From Sinorhizobium meliloti (lineage in GTDB: Bacteria > Pseudomonadota > Alphaproteobacteria > Rhizobiales > Rhizobiaceae), in contig NZ_JAGIOS010000002.1 of assembly GCF_017876815.1 (NCBI RefSeq), forward strand, positions 1,470,001 to 1,502,000: DNA of 32,000 nucleotides, given 5' to 3'. This document shows, in pieces, positions 8,086 to 16,678 of this stretch. Within the stretch, counting starts at the first letter, position 1, and every line of letters begins with the position of its first letter. A program made the translations under genes and the position numbers. The notes under the pieces are model-generated. The model saw nothing but the letters and a program-made list of their open reading frames with translations, was not told where the DNA came from and did not search any database.

Positions 8086-8310
8086 CTATGCCGGCCAAGA
8101 GGCCGGTCGGAAATGCAAGCTGTGAAGGTCAACACCCGAGGGACAGGTTTTCGGTATGGCGAGCCTCGGCAGCTGTGCGCACTCGCCGTCGCCGCCGTCG
8201 GCTGTGCCATCGGCATCCAATCTCGAGAGCATTTGCGTTTTGGACGGCAGTGGATCAGCCTGTGCAGAGACTGCAAGGAGCGGAAGAATAGAGAGCGCAA
8301 TTCGTTTCAT
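8086..8310 (-). CDS. Hypothetical small secreted protein (74 aa)
   Basis: An internal ATG of track ORF 8086..8355 gives MKRIALSILPLLAVSAQA|DPLP..., a signal-peptide-like N-terminus with two Cys in the mature part. The RBS is weak and I recognise no family. Confidence 0.3.
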   Translation of the reverse strand: MKRIALSILPLLAVSAQADPLPSKTQMLSRLDADGTADGGDGECAQLPRLAIPKTCPSGVDLHSLHFRPASWPA

Positions 8311-8374
8311 ATTTTGTCTCGGCTGCTTACGGGTAAGCGCCAGGGATCGCATCATTCGTCTCTTAAAGCGCGTC

Positions 8375-8693
8375 TTACCCAGACAGCTTTCGCGCGGCAG
8401 TAAGCAACTTTACTTCGAGCCAGTCCATACGACTGCCACTCGGTCGCTCGTGCTGGAAGTAGGCGCTGAGGATCTCCCTGGGGCTTACGCCTTGGACTGG
8501 CAGATCTTCACGAGCATGCCTGCCGACAGGCGGTTTATACCCTTTTCGTATTTCTGGATTTGCTGGAAGCTGACACCGACTTTTTCGCAAAGATTTGCTG
8601 ACTTATGCCCAACACTTGGCGCGTGGACCGGAGCCGCGCTCCGATTTCTCGGTCGATCGACCGCATGTCGTTGGCGGCTTCGCCGGTCGGCAT
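8375..8693 (-). pseudogene. XRE-family HTH transcriptional regulator disrupted by two single-base frameshifts
   Basis: Three consecutive minus-strand frames carry the pieces. (a) ATG 8693: MPTGEAANDMRSIDREIGARLRSTRQVLGISQQIFAKK. (b) VGVSFQQIQKYEKGINRLSAGMLVKICQSK. (c) GVSPREILSAYFQHERP...KLSG*. Together they rebuild a classical Cro/C1 HTH (..SQ...A...GVSFQQIQKYEKG.NR). The shifts lie at about 8580 and about 8490. Confidence 0.7.
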
Positions 8694-8705
8694 GAAAACC
8701 TCGCG

Positions 8706-9215
8706 TTAGCAGGATGCCTCACGCTTTGCACGGGCGGCGCGAGCATTGCAAGGCAGCTCGAAATTGCCGCGCCAGATTCCTGCCCTATGAGACCGTGCGA
8801 GCTCTTGAGCATTGGCGTAGACGCCATTGCTATACCGTGTCCAATCCACAGCATTGCCGCTCTCAACCAGCCAGTGATTGACGTCTCGGCCGTCGGCGCG
8901 GAAGCAGACTCCCACAAACCGCTTATATCGATCGCGCTGAACGAACTCGCAGCGGGCAGGGCGGGACTCGGCAAGAAACCGATCGAGTTCTTGGGCCGCC
9001 TCTCTTCCGCACCGATAGCTGCTGCCGTCGGCATTCTCGCATTTCTGCCAGCTCTCCGGCGCATCGACACCGTGCAGGCGGATGCGCTCGCCTCGGATCT
9101 CGATCGTGTCGCCGTCAATAACGGTCGCGCGTCCGGTAATCGGGTCGGCAGCAAACGCGAAATGAGCGAAAAGTAGAAGAGCGAGCGTGACGCCAATTGA
9201 CCGATGCGAGTTCAT
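8706..9215 (-). CDS. Secreted thermonuclease (SNase/staphylococcal-nuclease-like) family protein
   Basis: 169-aa ORF with ATG at 9215. Signal peptide: MNSHRSIGVTLALLLFAHFAFA. SNase-like core: GRATVIDGDTIEIRGERIRLHGVDAPE...RYKRFVGVC...VN.WLV.SG.A. Confidence 0.85.
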   Translation of the reverse strand: MNSHRSIGVTLALLLFAHFAFAADPITGRATVIDGDTIEIRGERIRLHGVDAPESWQKCENADGSSYRCGREAAQELDRFLAESRPARCEFVQRDRYKRFVGVCFRADGRDVNHWLVESGNAVDWTRYSNGVYANAQELARSHRAGIWRGNFELPCNARAARAKREASC

Positions 9216-9305
9216 CTAGTTCCCAAAGTTTGAATCCGGTGGAACAGACGCCCACGTTTCGAGTTTTGTCGGAACACGTCCGTGTGAAGGAGGAAGGTTT
9301 GTGCC

Positions 9306-9524
9306 ATGTCGCCCTCAACTTCATCTGTCCATGTCGTAGCTCCGGATGAGCACATTCTAACGGTCCAGGAGGCATTGGAGCCTTTATACATGAAACTCGA
9401 ACAGGAGGCGGAGGCCAAGCTGCTGCAGGCGGCGGTGTCTGCAGGTTGGTCGGCCGAAGAAGCGCTCCAAGCGATCGACGAATTAAAACGCCATGAGCTT
9501 GAGTCAATAGCCACCCACCACTAG
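9306..9524 (+). CDS. Hypothetical protein (72 aa, acidic, helical-looking)
   Basis: ATG 9306 is preceded by AGGAGGAAGG. It is divergent from the nuclease gene. I recognise no family. Confidence 0.4.
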   Translation: MSPSTSSVHVVAPDEHILTVQEALEPLYMKLEQEAEAKLLQAAVSAGWSAEEALQAIDELKRHELESIATHH

Positions 9525-9900
9525 AAGTTTCCCCTGAACAACTCAAAGCGGTGATGCTACGTCACGATGCTCCCGTGCGCGTGTCGTTGCTCATGCCCCT
9601 GCCTAGTACGCTCATTTCACTTGATAGCCCTGGGCGGGCGGCAGCTGCACTGCAGGCATGCAAGACCATCCTCGCGCGTGAGACGTTGCAGGATCCAGAT
9701 TAGCTGCTCGGGTATTCGCGGCGAGTTGACAGCGACAGGGTGGCCGGCGGTAGGGACTTGAGAAGTCCAGCCGGCCAAAGAGTCTGCTTTGTTGAGCCGT
9801 CATCGCGGCGGCGTCCCGGCGCTTAGCGTATGAATGTACAATATTGCTGCCTCGGGCCGATTCGTGATCCGGCCGGGATCAAGGATCCGATCGAGCCGCG

Positions 9901-10143
9901 TTACGAGACGCGACTAGCGGCGCCTCTGAAACTGCTACTCGAACTTGCTCGAGGCTGATCGTCGGGTTCGAGTAGCAATGTTGACGGCGGCACGATTGGC
10001 TTTGCGGCAAGTGCCTTGAGGTCTTCGGTGAGACCAGCAAGTTGCGCCGCCAAATCCAGGAGATCTGAAGCGGCGCGCTGTGCCGCACTTCCCAAGAGGT
10101 CCGAGGCAGTTTCATCGGCGTTTTTGCGGTCGCTCATGTCCAT
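9901..10143 (-). CDS. Hypothetical protein (80 aa)
   Basis: ORF MDMSDRKNADETASDLLGSAAQRAASDLLDLAAQLAGLTEDLKALAAK... with an internally repetitive helical N-half. The C-terminal third is encoded by a 12-bp inverted repeat, so that part may not be coding. Confidence 0.3.
   Translation of the reverse strand: MDMSDRKNADETASDLLGSAAQRAASDLLDLAAQLAGLTEDLKALAAKPIVPPSTLLLEPDDQPRASSSSSFRGAASRVS
9933..9977. repeat. Perfect 12-bp inverted repeat TGCTACTCGAAC-N21-GTTCGAGTAGCA
   Basis: Read directly. The arms are at 9933-9944 and 9966-9977. Confidence 0.85.
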
Positions 10144-10883
10144 CTCTCATCAGTGGGGTCGCAGTTAATCCAGACGCCCTCTGCCGCAGTGAAAATTGGG
10201 CCAAAAAGGCCAAGGTCCGTCGCCTCGTCGGAAGCGGCGGACCTCTAACCATCTACCTACGAAAAAGACGGCTGCGAACAGCAAATCACGGAGGACGACC
10301 TCTGACCATTCGCCTTAAAGGCTTAATCGCGTCGCTCCCTCTGAGCCAAATCGTCCAACCGAAAACGATTAGGAGAAGCCGACGAGCGCCATAACCGCTC
10401 AGCCGCTCCTCAGATGTCGCAAAACGCAAAGCAATGAGAGCAACCTCGCGTCCGTGTTTGTGGCGCTGGGCAAGTTTGGAGAGCGTTTCGCACTGACTGC
10501 CGCATCGGCGTGCCAAATGGTTCGCCCGGTTCATGCATGAAAGCGGCGACTTAAACCATGACGATAGATCTGGGGCCGACGCCCGCGCAGCTGCGCTGTG
10601 ACACCAAGACCCATCTCGGCAACACGCCGCGGCAGGATGGAGACGGCTATCTCTGCCGCGGCCGCACTGGCATGAAACTGACCGGCAAGGACAGCTATCG
10701 TCAGTACCGCGGCCGGTGATGCGCCACCGGCCTTGAGAGTAGAAACACGCATTGCAACGATATCTTGACCTGGAACTGCTCCCGATTGTCGCGATCGGAT
10801 TTGCAGTCAGCATGTCTTAGTTTATTTCGCGCTTCATTAGACTTTGGTATTATACGTTGTCCACTGCTTTGGGAGGAGCAAGT

Positions 10884-11072
10884 ATGGAGCGCGTTGAAGC
10901 TGACAAGCTTTCCAAACGTACCTCTACTAAGGTCTGGAATGTTCAAGCTTTTTGCCGTCGGCAGAACCTATGTCAGAAAGAAGAATGGCGCTTGACCCGC
11001 CTCTTCGGCCGGTTCGCCACAGCCAGCGAGCTCCTGCACAACGCCAAGCGCGCTCCTAGGTGGAGATATTGA
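10884..11072 (+). CDS. Hypothetical small basic protein (62 aa)
   Basis: ATG 10884 has a strong SD (GGGAGGAG) 5 nt upstream and an AT-rich upstream region. The product is MERVEADKLSKRTSTKVWNVQAFCRRQNLCQKEEW... I recognise no family. Confidence 0.3.
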   Translation: MERVEADKLSKRTSTKVWNVQAFCRRQNLCQKEEWRLTRLFGRFATASELLHNAKRAPRWRY

Positions 11073-11265
11073 AGGTTCGCTCCCGTGTAAGCCAGGTCGG
11101 CTGATACTCAGAGCAGAACCAATTAGGCTGCGCCCGTCCGACGGCGAAGCCGAAGCCTTGGCGGTTCGTGCAGCCCGGGTGCTCGCAGTAGTGGAGACAC
11201 GGCCGGCTTGGTAGTGAGGCTTCGCGCCCCTGTTCGTCATTCTGGATCGGTCCCCCGTCTCTCAC
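11056..11265 (-). CDS. Hypothetical Cys-rich small protein (possible zinc-ribbon-like core CEHPGC...GFGF...WFC)
   Basis: 69-aa ORF with a GTG start. The core CLHYCEHPGCTNRQGFGFAVGRAQPNWFCSEY resembles, from memory, small conserved alphaproteobacterial phage/plasmid proteins (C.HPGC....FGFG....W.C..H). Its 3' end overlaps the convergent ORF 10884..11072 by 17 nt. Confidence 0.35.
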   Translation of the reverse strand: MRDGGPIQNDEQGREASLPSRPCLHYCEHPGCTNRQGFGFAVGRAQPNWFCSEYQPTWLTRERTFNIST

Positions 11266-11704
11266 AGGGCCTCGAAATGATAGCGCCCGATAAGGCCGAG
11301 TTTATGCTCGCCATTTCCTCGCGCGCGCTTTTTGCCGTTAACCGGTTGTGGTCGCCAGCGGCCCTTCGCAGTCCAAGTGTTCAAGTGGGCTTGCCTAGAG
11401 CCTCTGCGCACCCGAAAGATGGCCCTCAAGGATCCAACGGCGCTTGTGCACGGGAATCCTCCGTATGGACAGGTGTTTGCTTGCACCTCTTGCAGGATGG
11501 CCGGTCAAAGGCACTGCGGGAGAATACGCTCCTTCGGCTCGTTGGATCTTTCGATCACGCTTTTGACCGGATCTCATTGTCTGACACATCTGCGTACAAG
11601 GCAGAATCCGCTTCGCAAATACGCGAAGACAGTCGACACAATTGCGAAACTACCTGGCGGCAGAGGCGTTCTCGTCCTGTGCATAACAATCAGGAGAAAT
11701 TCGA

Positions 11705-12013
11705 ATGGCCGACGACAGCAGCACTACCATAAGAGCCACTTTCAAGACTCGAGAAGCAGCCGATCTCGCCGTCGAACATTTGGTTCAGCAGTACGGCATA
11801 TCGAGACCAGACATCTTCATTCAGTCGGCGACAGACCGCAACACGGCGGGTTCGGAGCCGTCGGGCGGCGACGCCTCTCATGAACTAGGCGCTCGTAGCG
11901 ATGCACCGCTCGAAGGTGAGATCGAGGTCTCGGCGGATATTGCGTCTAATCAGATTGCCGCTGTTCAACGCAGCCTGGGCGATGCCGGCGCGATCCGTAT
12001 CTCAAGCCGCTAA
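11705..12013 (+). CDS. Hypothetical protein (102 aa)
   Basis: ATG 11705 has AGGAGA 8 nt upstream. The product, MADDSSTTIRATFKTREAADLAVEHLVQQYGISRPDIFIQ..., looks globular. No confident family assignment. Confidence 0.55.
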   Translation: MADDSSTTIRATFKTREAADLAVEHLVQQYGISRPDIFIQSATDRNTAGSEPSGGDASHELGARSDAPLEGEIEVSADIASNQIAAVQRSLGDAGAIRISSR

Positions 12014-12441
12014 GTAACCTGGAGCCGGTAGGAAATTCCGGCTTCGCTCTGGAGGGTCGACAGAGGAGAAGGAGGTCGTCGGTCAGGCCGGACTCTGTTG
12101 CGAAGATATCGTCGGCTGAATTGTCGGCGGCCTTGTTCGCCAACTTCCTTGAAAGGCTTACCTGCGCAACGACGGCTTTTGCGCCGCTTTCTCCACGGGC
12201 CTGGCCCGAGCCACAATTTAGATGCCGCCGACTTGGACTGCGTGACGCCAAACCCGGATTACACGTTCAACCTGCCCCGGCCCCCTTGCGAAAGCTTTGC
12301 GTCGCAAGACTATTGCGATGGTCAGGGCCACTGGAGGGCGCCTCAAGCGGCTCGAAACAATAGGGAAGGCACCTTAGGACCCGGGACGCTTGAATGGACG
12401 CGTGAAGCGAACGGGAGGCGGCCTTCCCGCGTTTCGGAATT

Positions 12442-13324
12442 ATGGACGAAGATCCGAATGACAACGCTCCCGCGCCACGTGTTGGAGCAACGACTGAGTT
12501 GCGGCACGACAGAGTAACGGTGGCCCAGTTTCGGGAAGCGTTTCCTCGCGCTCGCTGGAGCGACAGTCTGAATGCCTGGTTTGTACCCGGCCGCACAGCT
12601 CAAAAACGCATCAGTCGCTGGCTGGCCGAAATGGAAGCGGAAGCCGACGCGTTTGCCGACGAGAAGGGCAGGGACGCCTTCGAATTCGATCCGATCGAGA
12701 GCCGCTATCTCAAGGCAGCACCTGCGTCGTTTGAAATCCGTACCCCCTACTCACGCACCATCGTCAACGAGATCCGGGAAATCCCGTATGCGTACTGGGA
12801 CGCCGATCGCCGGCTCTGGACCGTGCCTTACCGATCATTCGACGAGCTCCGCCGTCGGTGGCCAGCCATCGAGGCGGCCGCTCAGCGCAGTGAACCGGAG
12901 GCGAGGAAGGCGCGGCGTGAGGCAATTAAGGGGAACCGAGGAAGACGAGGCGCTTAAGGCAAGGACGAGAGAACGCCGGCGCAAGCGATATCCGGTTCCC
13001 GCCGACGATCGCCCCCCGCTCACGCGTGCGATCGGCACGCATGTCGGGGTCGTCTTCTTCATTGGCATGGACGGCGAACTGGTGGATCCGGCAACGATGA
13101 GCGCGTTCTATTTTCCCATGAACGAGGGAGGGGAATATGTCTGGGCGTCATGGCGACCGGGAGCGCTTGAGGAATTGGTGACTACCTGGCCGGCACGAAC
13201 ACCACCGGGACAAGACGAACTCGACCGGGGCTGGTGGATGCCGACGCTGGAGGAACTGCGAAATGCGCGGCGCGACGCCAGGTCCAGGCGGCGCGCCAGG
13301 CAGCGCCGGGATGGAAAGGTTTAA
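12442..13324 (+). pseudogene. Conserved-looking gene of unknown function (N-terminal HARP-like segment) split by a single-base frameshift near 12930-12936
   Basis: Track ORF 12442..12957 ends ...EARKARREAIKGNRGRRGA*. The next frame (part of ORF 12572..13324) continues GTEEDEALKARTRERRRKRYPVPADDRPPL...WWMPTLEELRNARRDARSRRRARQRR. The junction falls in AAGGGGAACC. The joined product would be about 293 aa. Confidence 0.6.
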
Positions 13325-13838
13325 TCCGGTGAGCGCACAGCAGATGACCCTTAAGGAATTTCAATTCCTGTCGCCGCTTGAGCCACGCGAAATCGTCGGA
13401 CTATGGAGAGGGCGCGGCATCCCGACAGGGCATCCGCTCGACGGCGTTTTGGAAAACCTCGGCTGGTTCGGCAAGCGGTTTAACGCAGACATGCGCGCGG
13501 ATGCGCTGCTGTTTTGGTCGGGCAAGCGGCGGTTGATCGCCCTCGATCCCGGGATAGTACCGCTTCGCCTGGCGCTTCGCTTCCATACGATCGGCAGAAT
13601 GCGCATTGCGAGAAACTTGTTCTCGCATCTTCAGCGCGGACTTCGCGCGAAAGGGCCTGTTGCCTCCCTGAGAACGATGCCGTTTAGCGGCGTTGCAAGC
13701 GCGGCGATGCTCTACGACGATCAACCGATTGTCGATTATTTTCGCCGAATCGATCAACACAGGATCATGGGAGCGATGACAATCAGGGGCGACGAGCGCA
13801 TCTACTTCTTCGAACTTAAGCGGGTGGATGAACCTTGA
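13311..13838 (+). CDS. GXWXG + DUF4334 domain protein
   Basis: Track ORF 13263..13838. The reading LWRGRGIPTGHPLDGVLENLGWFGKRFNADMRADALLF...LRTMPFSGVASAAMLYDDQPIVDYFRRID...MGAM matches my recollection of the GXWXG/DUF4334 pair. The start is ambiguous (ATG 13311, overlapping the upstream stop by 14 nt, or ATG 13344). Confidence 0.75.
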   Translation: MERFNPVSAQQMTLKEFQFLSPLEPREIVGLWRGRGIPTGHPLDGVLENLGWFGKRFNADMRADALLFWSGKRRLIALDPGIVPLRLALRFHTIGRMRIARNLFSHLQRGLRAKGPVASLRTMPFSGVASAAMLYDDQPIVDYFRRIDQHRIMGAMTIRGDERIYFFELKRVDEP

Positions 13839-14090
13839 ACCTGGTACCCCGCCATTACCGGGCGGTACACGTATCTGGTGGACATTCCAGCGGACTCGAC
13901 GGCCCGGCGCGTAAAGCTGCCCGAGGCAATTCTAGGCTCTCGTCCCAAGTCTTCTTCTTACTGCAGGTTGAAAATGCCTTCCGCGCAAGAGCTCCAATGC
14001 TCATCCCGTATAGTGGGAGATCTGCGTCGCTGGCACGAAGGTGCATCTGGCCTGCCGGCCTGTCGATATGCGCCGCAAGATTGGTTGCCG

Positions 14091-14158
14091 ATTCCGATGA
14101 AGCCGCCCCTTTGTTCCGAGATGATTGCGCCCCCGGTTTCCGGGATGATCTCGCCCCC
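14091..14158. repeat. IS21-type multiple terminal repeats, istB-proximal end (3 copies)
   Basis: The copies are ATTCCGATGAAGCCGCCCC (14091-14109), GTTCCGAGATGATTGCGCCCCC (14113-14134) and TTTCCGGGATGATCTCGCCCCC (14137-14158). Confidence 0.85.
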
Positions 14159-14211
14159 TGTTTAGTGGGGTCTGCAGGCGATGATTGTTGTCAGTTCATT
14201 CAGGCGAGGTG

Positions 14212-14949
14212 TCAAGCTTTGCGCGGTAGATTTCGGCGCAGACTATCGCCGCTCAATTCGATGCGGTGGGCATTGTGGACCAACCTGTCGAGTATGGCAT
14301 CGGCGTAGGTTGGGTCGCCAATGACGCCGTGCCATGCGGACACGGGAAGTTGGCTGGTAATGATCGTTGATTTGCGTCCATAGCGATCTTCGAGGATTTC
14401 CAGCAGGTCGTGGCGGGCCTGTTCGTTGAGCGGCTCGAGCCCCCAATCATCCAGTATCAGGAGCTGAACATGGCCCAAGGTCCGTTGCAGGCGGGCGTAG
14501 CGGCCATCACCGCGCGCGAGCGCAAGCTGGGCAAACAGCCTTGGGACACGCTGATAGAGAACTGAGCGATCGTCTCGGCAAGCCTTGTGGCCGAGAGCGC
14601 AAGCCAACCAACTCTTTCCGACACCCGAGGGGCCGCAAATGGCCAGATTGTCATGGGCGTTGATCCAGTCGCCACCGAGCAGCTTCATGAAGAGAGCACG
14701 GTCGAGGCCGCGGTCGGCGCGATAGTCGACATCTTCTGGGGTGGCCTGGTGGCGAAGCTTGGCAAACCTGAGGCGTGCCGCAAGCTTCCGATCGTAACGG
14801 GAGCTCCATTCCCGTTCGAGCAGCAGTCCGAGCCATTCGGCGTGCGAGAGATGTTCGGCTTCGCCGTTGGCAACAAGTTCGCCAAAGGCCTTTGCCATGC
14901 CGGCCAGGCCCATGGCATTCAATTTATCCAGTGTTGGATGGGCAAGCAT
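14212..14949 (-). CDS. istB: IS21-family helper ATPase IstB
   Basis: 245 aa. Walker A is GPSGVGKS and Walker B is LLILDDWG. The C-terminal ADAILDRLVHNAHRIEL.G.S.R is typical of IstB. Confidence 0.95.
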   Translation of the reverse strand: MLAHPTLDKLNAMGLAGMAKAFGELVANGEAEHLSHAEWLGLLLEREWSSRYDRKLAARLRFAKLRHQATPEDVDYRADRGLDRALFMKLLGGDWINAHDNLAICGPSGVGKSWLACALGHKACRDDRSVLYQRVPRLFAQLALARGDGRYARLQRTLGHVQLLILDDWGLEPLNEQARHDLLEILEDRYGRKSTIITSQLPVSAWHGVIGDPTYADAILDRLVHNAHRIELSGDSLRRNLPRKA

Positions 14950-14961
14950 CTTTCGTTCTCC

Positions 14962-16512
14962 TTAGTGGTAATAGCGAGGTCCGCGGATGTTGGCGTGATG
15001 GATCTGTTCATGCGGCGCCGCTCCATTTGAGGCAGCCGTCCGGTCAAGGTGATTGTCGAGGATGGATCGCACCGAGCCATAGGTTCGTGCGCCAATCTCC
15101 AACGCACGGCCGCAAGCGGCATTGACCCTGTCGCGGCCGAAGCTCTTGTTGAGGCGGATGATGCCGAGGCAAGCTCGAAAGCCCTGCTCGGGATGAGGCC
15201 TGTCGGCAAGAATGCGCTCGCACAACAGCGCAACATCCGGCCCCATCGCAGAGGCTTCGCGTTGAATCCGTTCAATCGTCCAGTCGGCAAAGCGGCGATG
15301 CGCAGAGGGCATATGATCGGGGATCGTCGTGTGCTTGCCGTTGCCGCTGGAGCGCCGGTGAGCGGCAATTCGCTCGCCCTTGTGGAAGATCTCGATCGTA
15401 TTGGCGGTGATACGAGCCTCGACCTGCTCGCGGGCAAAGCGATAGGGAACGGAATAATAGTGCCGCTCGATCTCGACGTGATAATCCAGCCCGGCGCGCC
15501 GGATACGCCATTCGGCAAAGACATAACGTTCGACAGGCAGCGGTCGCAAAGCCGGACGATCAAGCTCCTCGAACAATTGGCGGCGCGTGGCGCCGACACG
15601 GCGCAGAACGCGCTTATCATTGAGATCATGGAGCAATTGGCCAATCGCCGCATTGACCTCGGCCAAACTATAGAATGTGCGATGGCGCAGCCGGCCCAAC
15701 AGCCAACGTTCGACGATACGAACCGCAGCTTCCACTTTCGCCTTGTCCCGCGGGCGTCGCGGCCGCGTCGGCAAGACGGCGCTGCCATAATGGGCCGCCA
15801 TCCCGCAATACGTCCGGTTGACCTGGGGATCGAAGTGGCAGGCCTTGATGATCGCTACCTTGGCATTGTCGGGAACCAGCAAGGCTGGCGCACCGCCAAA
15901 GAACTCCAGCGCCAGGATATGGCATTCAATCCAGTCGGGAAGCGTCTCGCTCCAACGTGCCTGCGCATATGAAAGGCTGGATGCTCCCAGAACCGCCACG
16001 AACAGGTGCGCCTGCCGTGTCTTGCCGGACAGCCGATCAACGACAACCGTGACCGTGTCGCCGGCGTAGTCGACGAACAGCTTGTCGCCGGCCGCGTGAT
16101 CCTGCCGCATCGTCACAGGCAACTTCATCGCCCAGCCGCGGTAGAGGTCACAGAAGCGACTGTAACGATAGCCCTCCGGATAACGGCTGATGTATTCGTC
16201 CCAAAGGATCTGCAGCGTCATATGCTTGCGCTTCAGCTCGCGGTGGACCTGCGTCCAGTCCGGCTCAGGGCTCCGACGATGACCCGTCTTCGTCCCGCCT
16301 GCCTTGTAAAGCGCCGCTTCCAGGACTGCATCGCTGATGTCGTCACCCAACGGCCACGATAGCTCCGCAATGGCCGCACGCCGAAGCGTCTCGCGCACCG
16401 TCGATGGCGCAGCTCCAACCCGAACCGCGATCGACTTGTGGCCAAGTCCTTGTTCGAAGCGATATCTCAATATCTCGCGGACACGCCGCATCTCCAGTCT
16501 CTCCGCAGGCAT
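14962..16512 (-). CDS. istA: IS21-family transposase IstA
   Basis: 516 aa with ATG at 16512. The N-terminal HTH reads MRRVREILRYRFEQGLGHKSIAVRVG.APSTV. The integrase-core/DDE region reads LFVDYAGDT...A.VLGASS..YA. It ends 12 nt before istB. Confidence 0.95.
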   Translation of the reverse strand: MPAERLEMRRVREILRYRFEQGLGHKSIAVRVGAAPSTVRETLRRAAIAELSWPLGDDISDAVLEAALYKAGGTKTGHRRSPEPDWTQVHRELKRKHMTLQILWDEYISRYPEGYRYSRFCDLYRGWAMKLPVTMRQDHAAGDKLFVDYAGDTVTVVVDRLSGKTRQAHLFVAVLGASSLSYAQARWSETLPDWIECHILALEFFGGAPALLVPDNAKVAIIKACHFDPQVNRTYCGMAAHYGSAVLPTRPRRPRDKAKVEAAVRIVERWLLGRLRHRTFYSLAEVNAAIGQLLHDLNDKRVLRRVGATRRQLFEELDRPALRPLPVERYVFAEWRIRRAGLDYHVEIERHYYSVPYRFAREQVEARITANTIEIFHKGERIAAHRRSSGNGKHTTIPDHMPSAHRRFADWTIERIQREASAMGPDVALLCERILADRPHPEQGFRACLGIIRLNKSFGRDRVNAACGRALEIGARTYGSVRSILDNHLDRTAASNGAAPHEQIHHANIRGPRYYH

Positions 16513-16585
16513 CCCGTTCCTTCCTCGTCACGTCGAAGGAAGAAACTTCACACCAGCAGAACACCCACGCCAGATGCTTTCCGAT

Positions 16586-16678
16586 GGGGGCGGCATCATC
16601 TCGGAATCAGGGGGCGACTATTTCTCGGAATTGGGGGGCGAGATCATTTCGGAATCAGGGGGCGGATTGCCTCGGAAT
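16586..16678. repeat. IS21-type multiple terminal repeats, istA-proximal end (4 copies)
   Basis: The copies are GGGGGCGGCATCATCTCGGAAT (16586-16607), GGGGGCGACTATTTCTCGGAAT (16610-16631), GGGGGGCGAGATCATTTCGGAAT (16633-16655) and GGGGGCGGATTGCCTCGGAAT (16658-16678). They are the inverted counterpart of the 14091-14158 repeats. Confidence 0.85.

Noticed and set aside
10240-10309. Imperfect direct repeat GACCTCTAACCAT / GACCTCTGACCAT spaced 57 bp apart
   Set aside because: There are only two copies with one mismatch in a gene-poor region. That is insufficient to call iterons or att sites, and no adjacent rep or integrase gene is present.
10286-10813. 175-aa and 73-aa minus-strand ORFs, and 174/183-aa plus-strand ORFs at 11208-11883
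   Set aside because: The translations are Cys/Arg/Ser-rich with no recognisable motif, no convincing RBS and mutually overlapping frames. The region is more likely non-coding or heavily decayed.
13841-13868. Imperfect GC-rich hairpin (GGTACCCCGCC-ATTA-CCGGGCGGTAC) just after the DUF4334 stop as an intrinsic terminator
   Set aside because: The stem needs a bulge and is not followed by a T-tract. It is kept only as a weak possibility.
14919-15972. 289-aa (minus, other frame) and 307-aa (plus) ORFs inside istA
   Set aside because: The IstA frame is unambiguous. These are alternative-frame or antisense artefacts.
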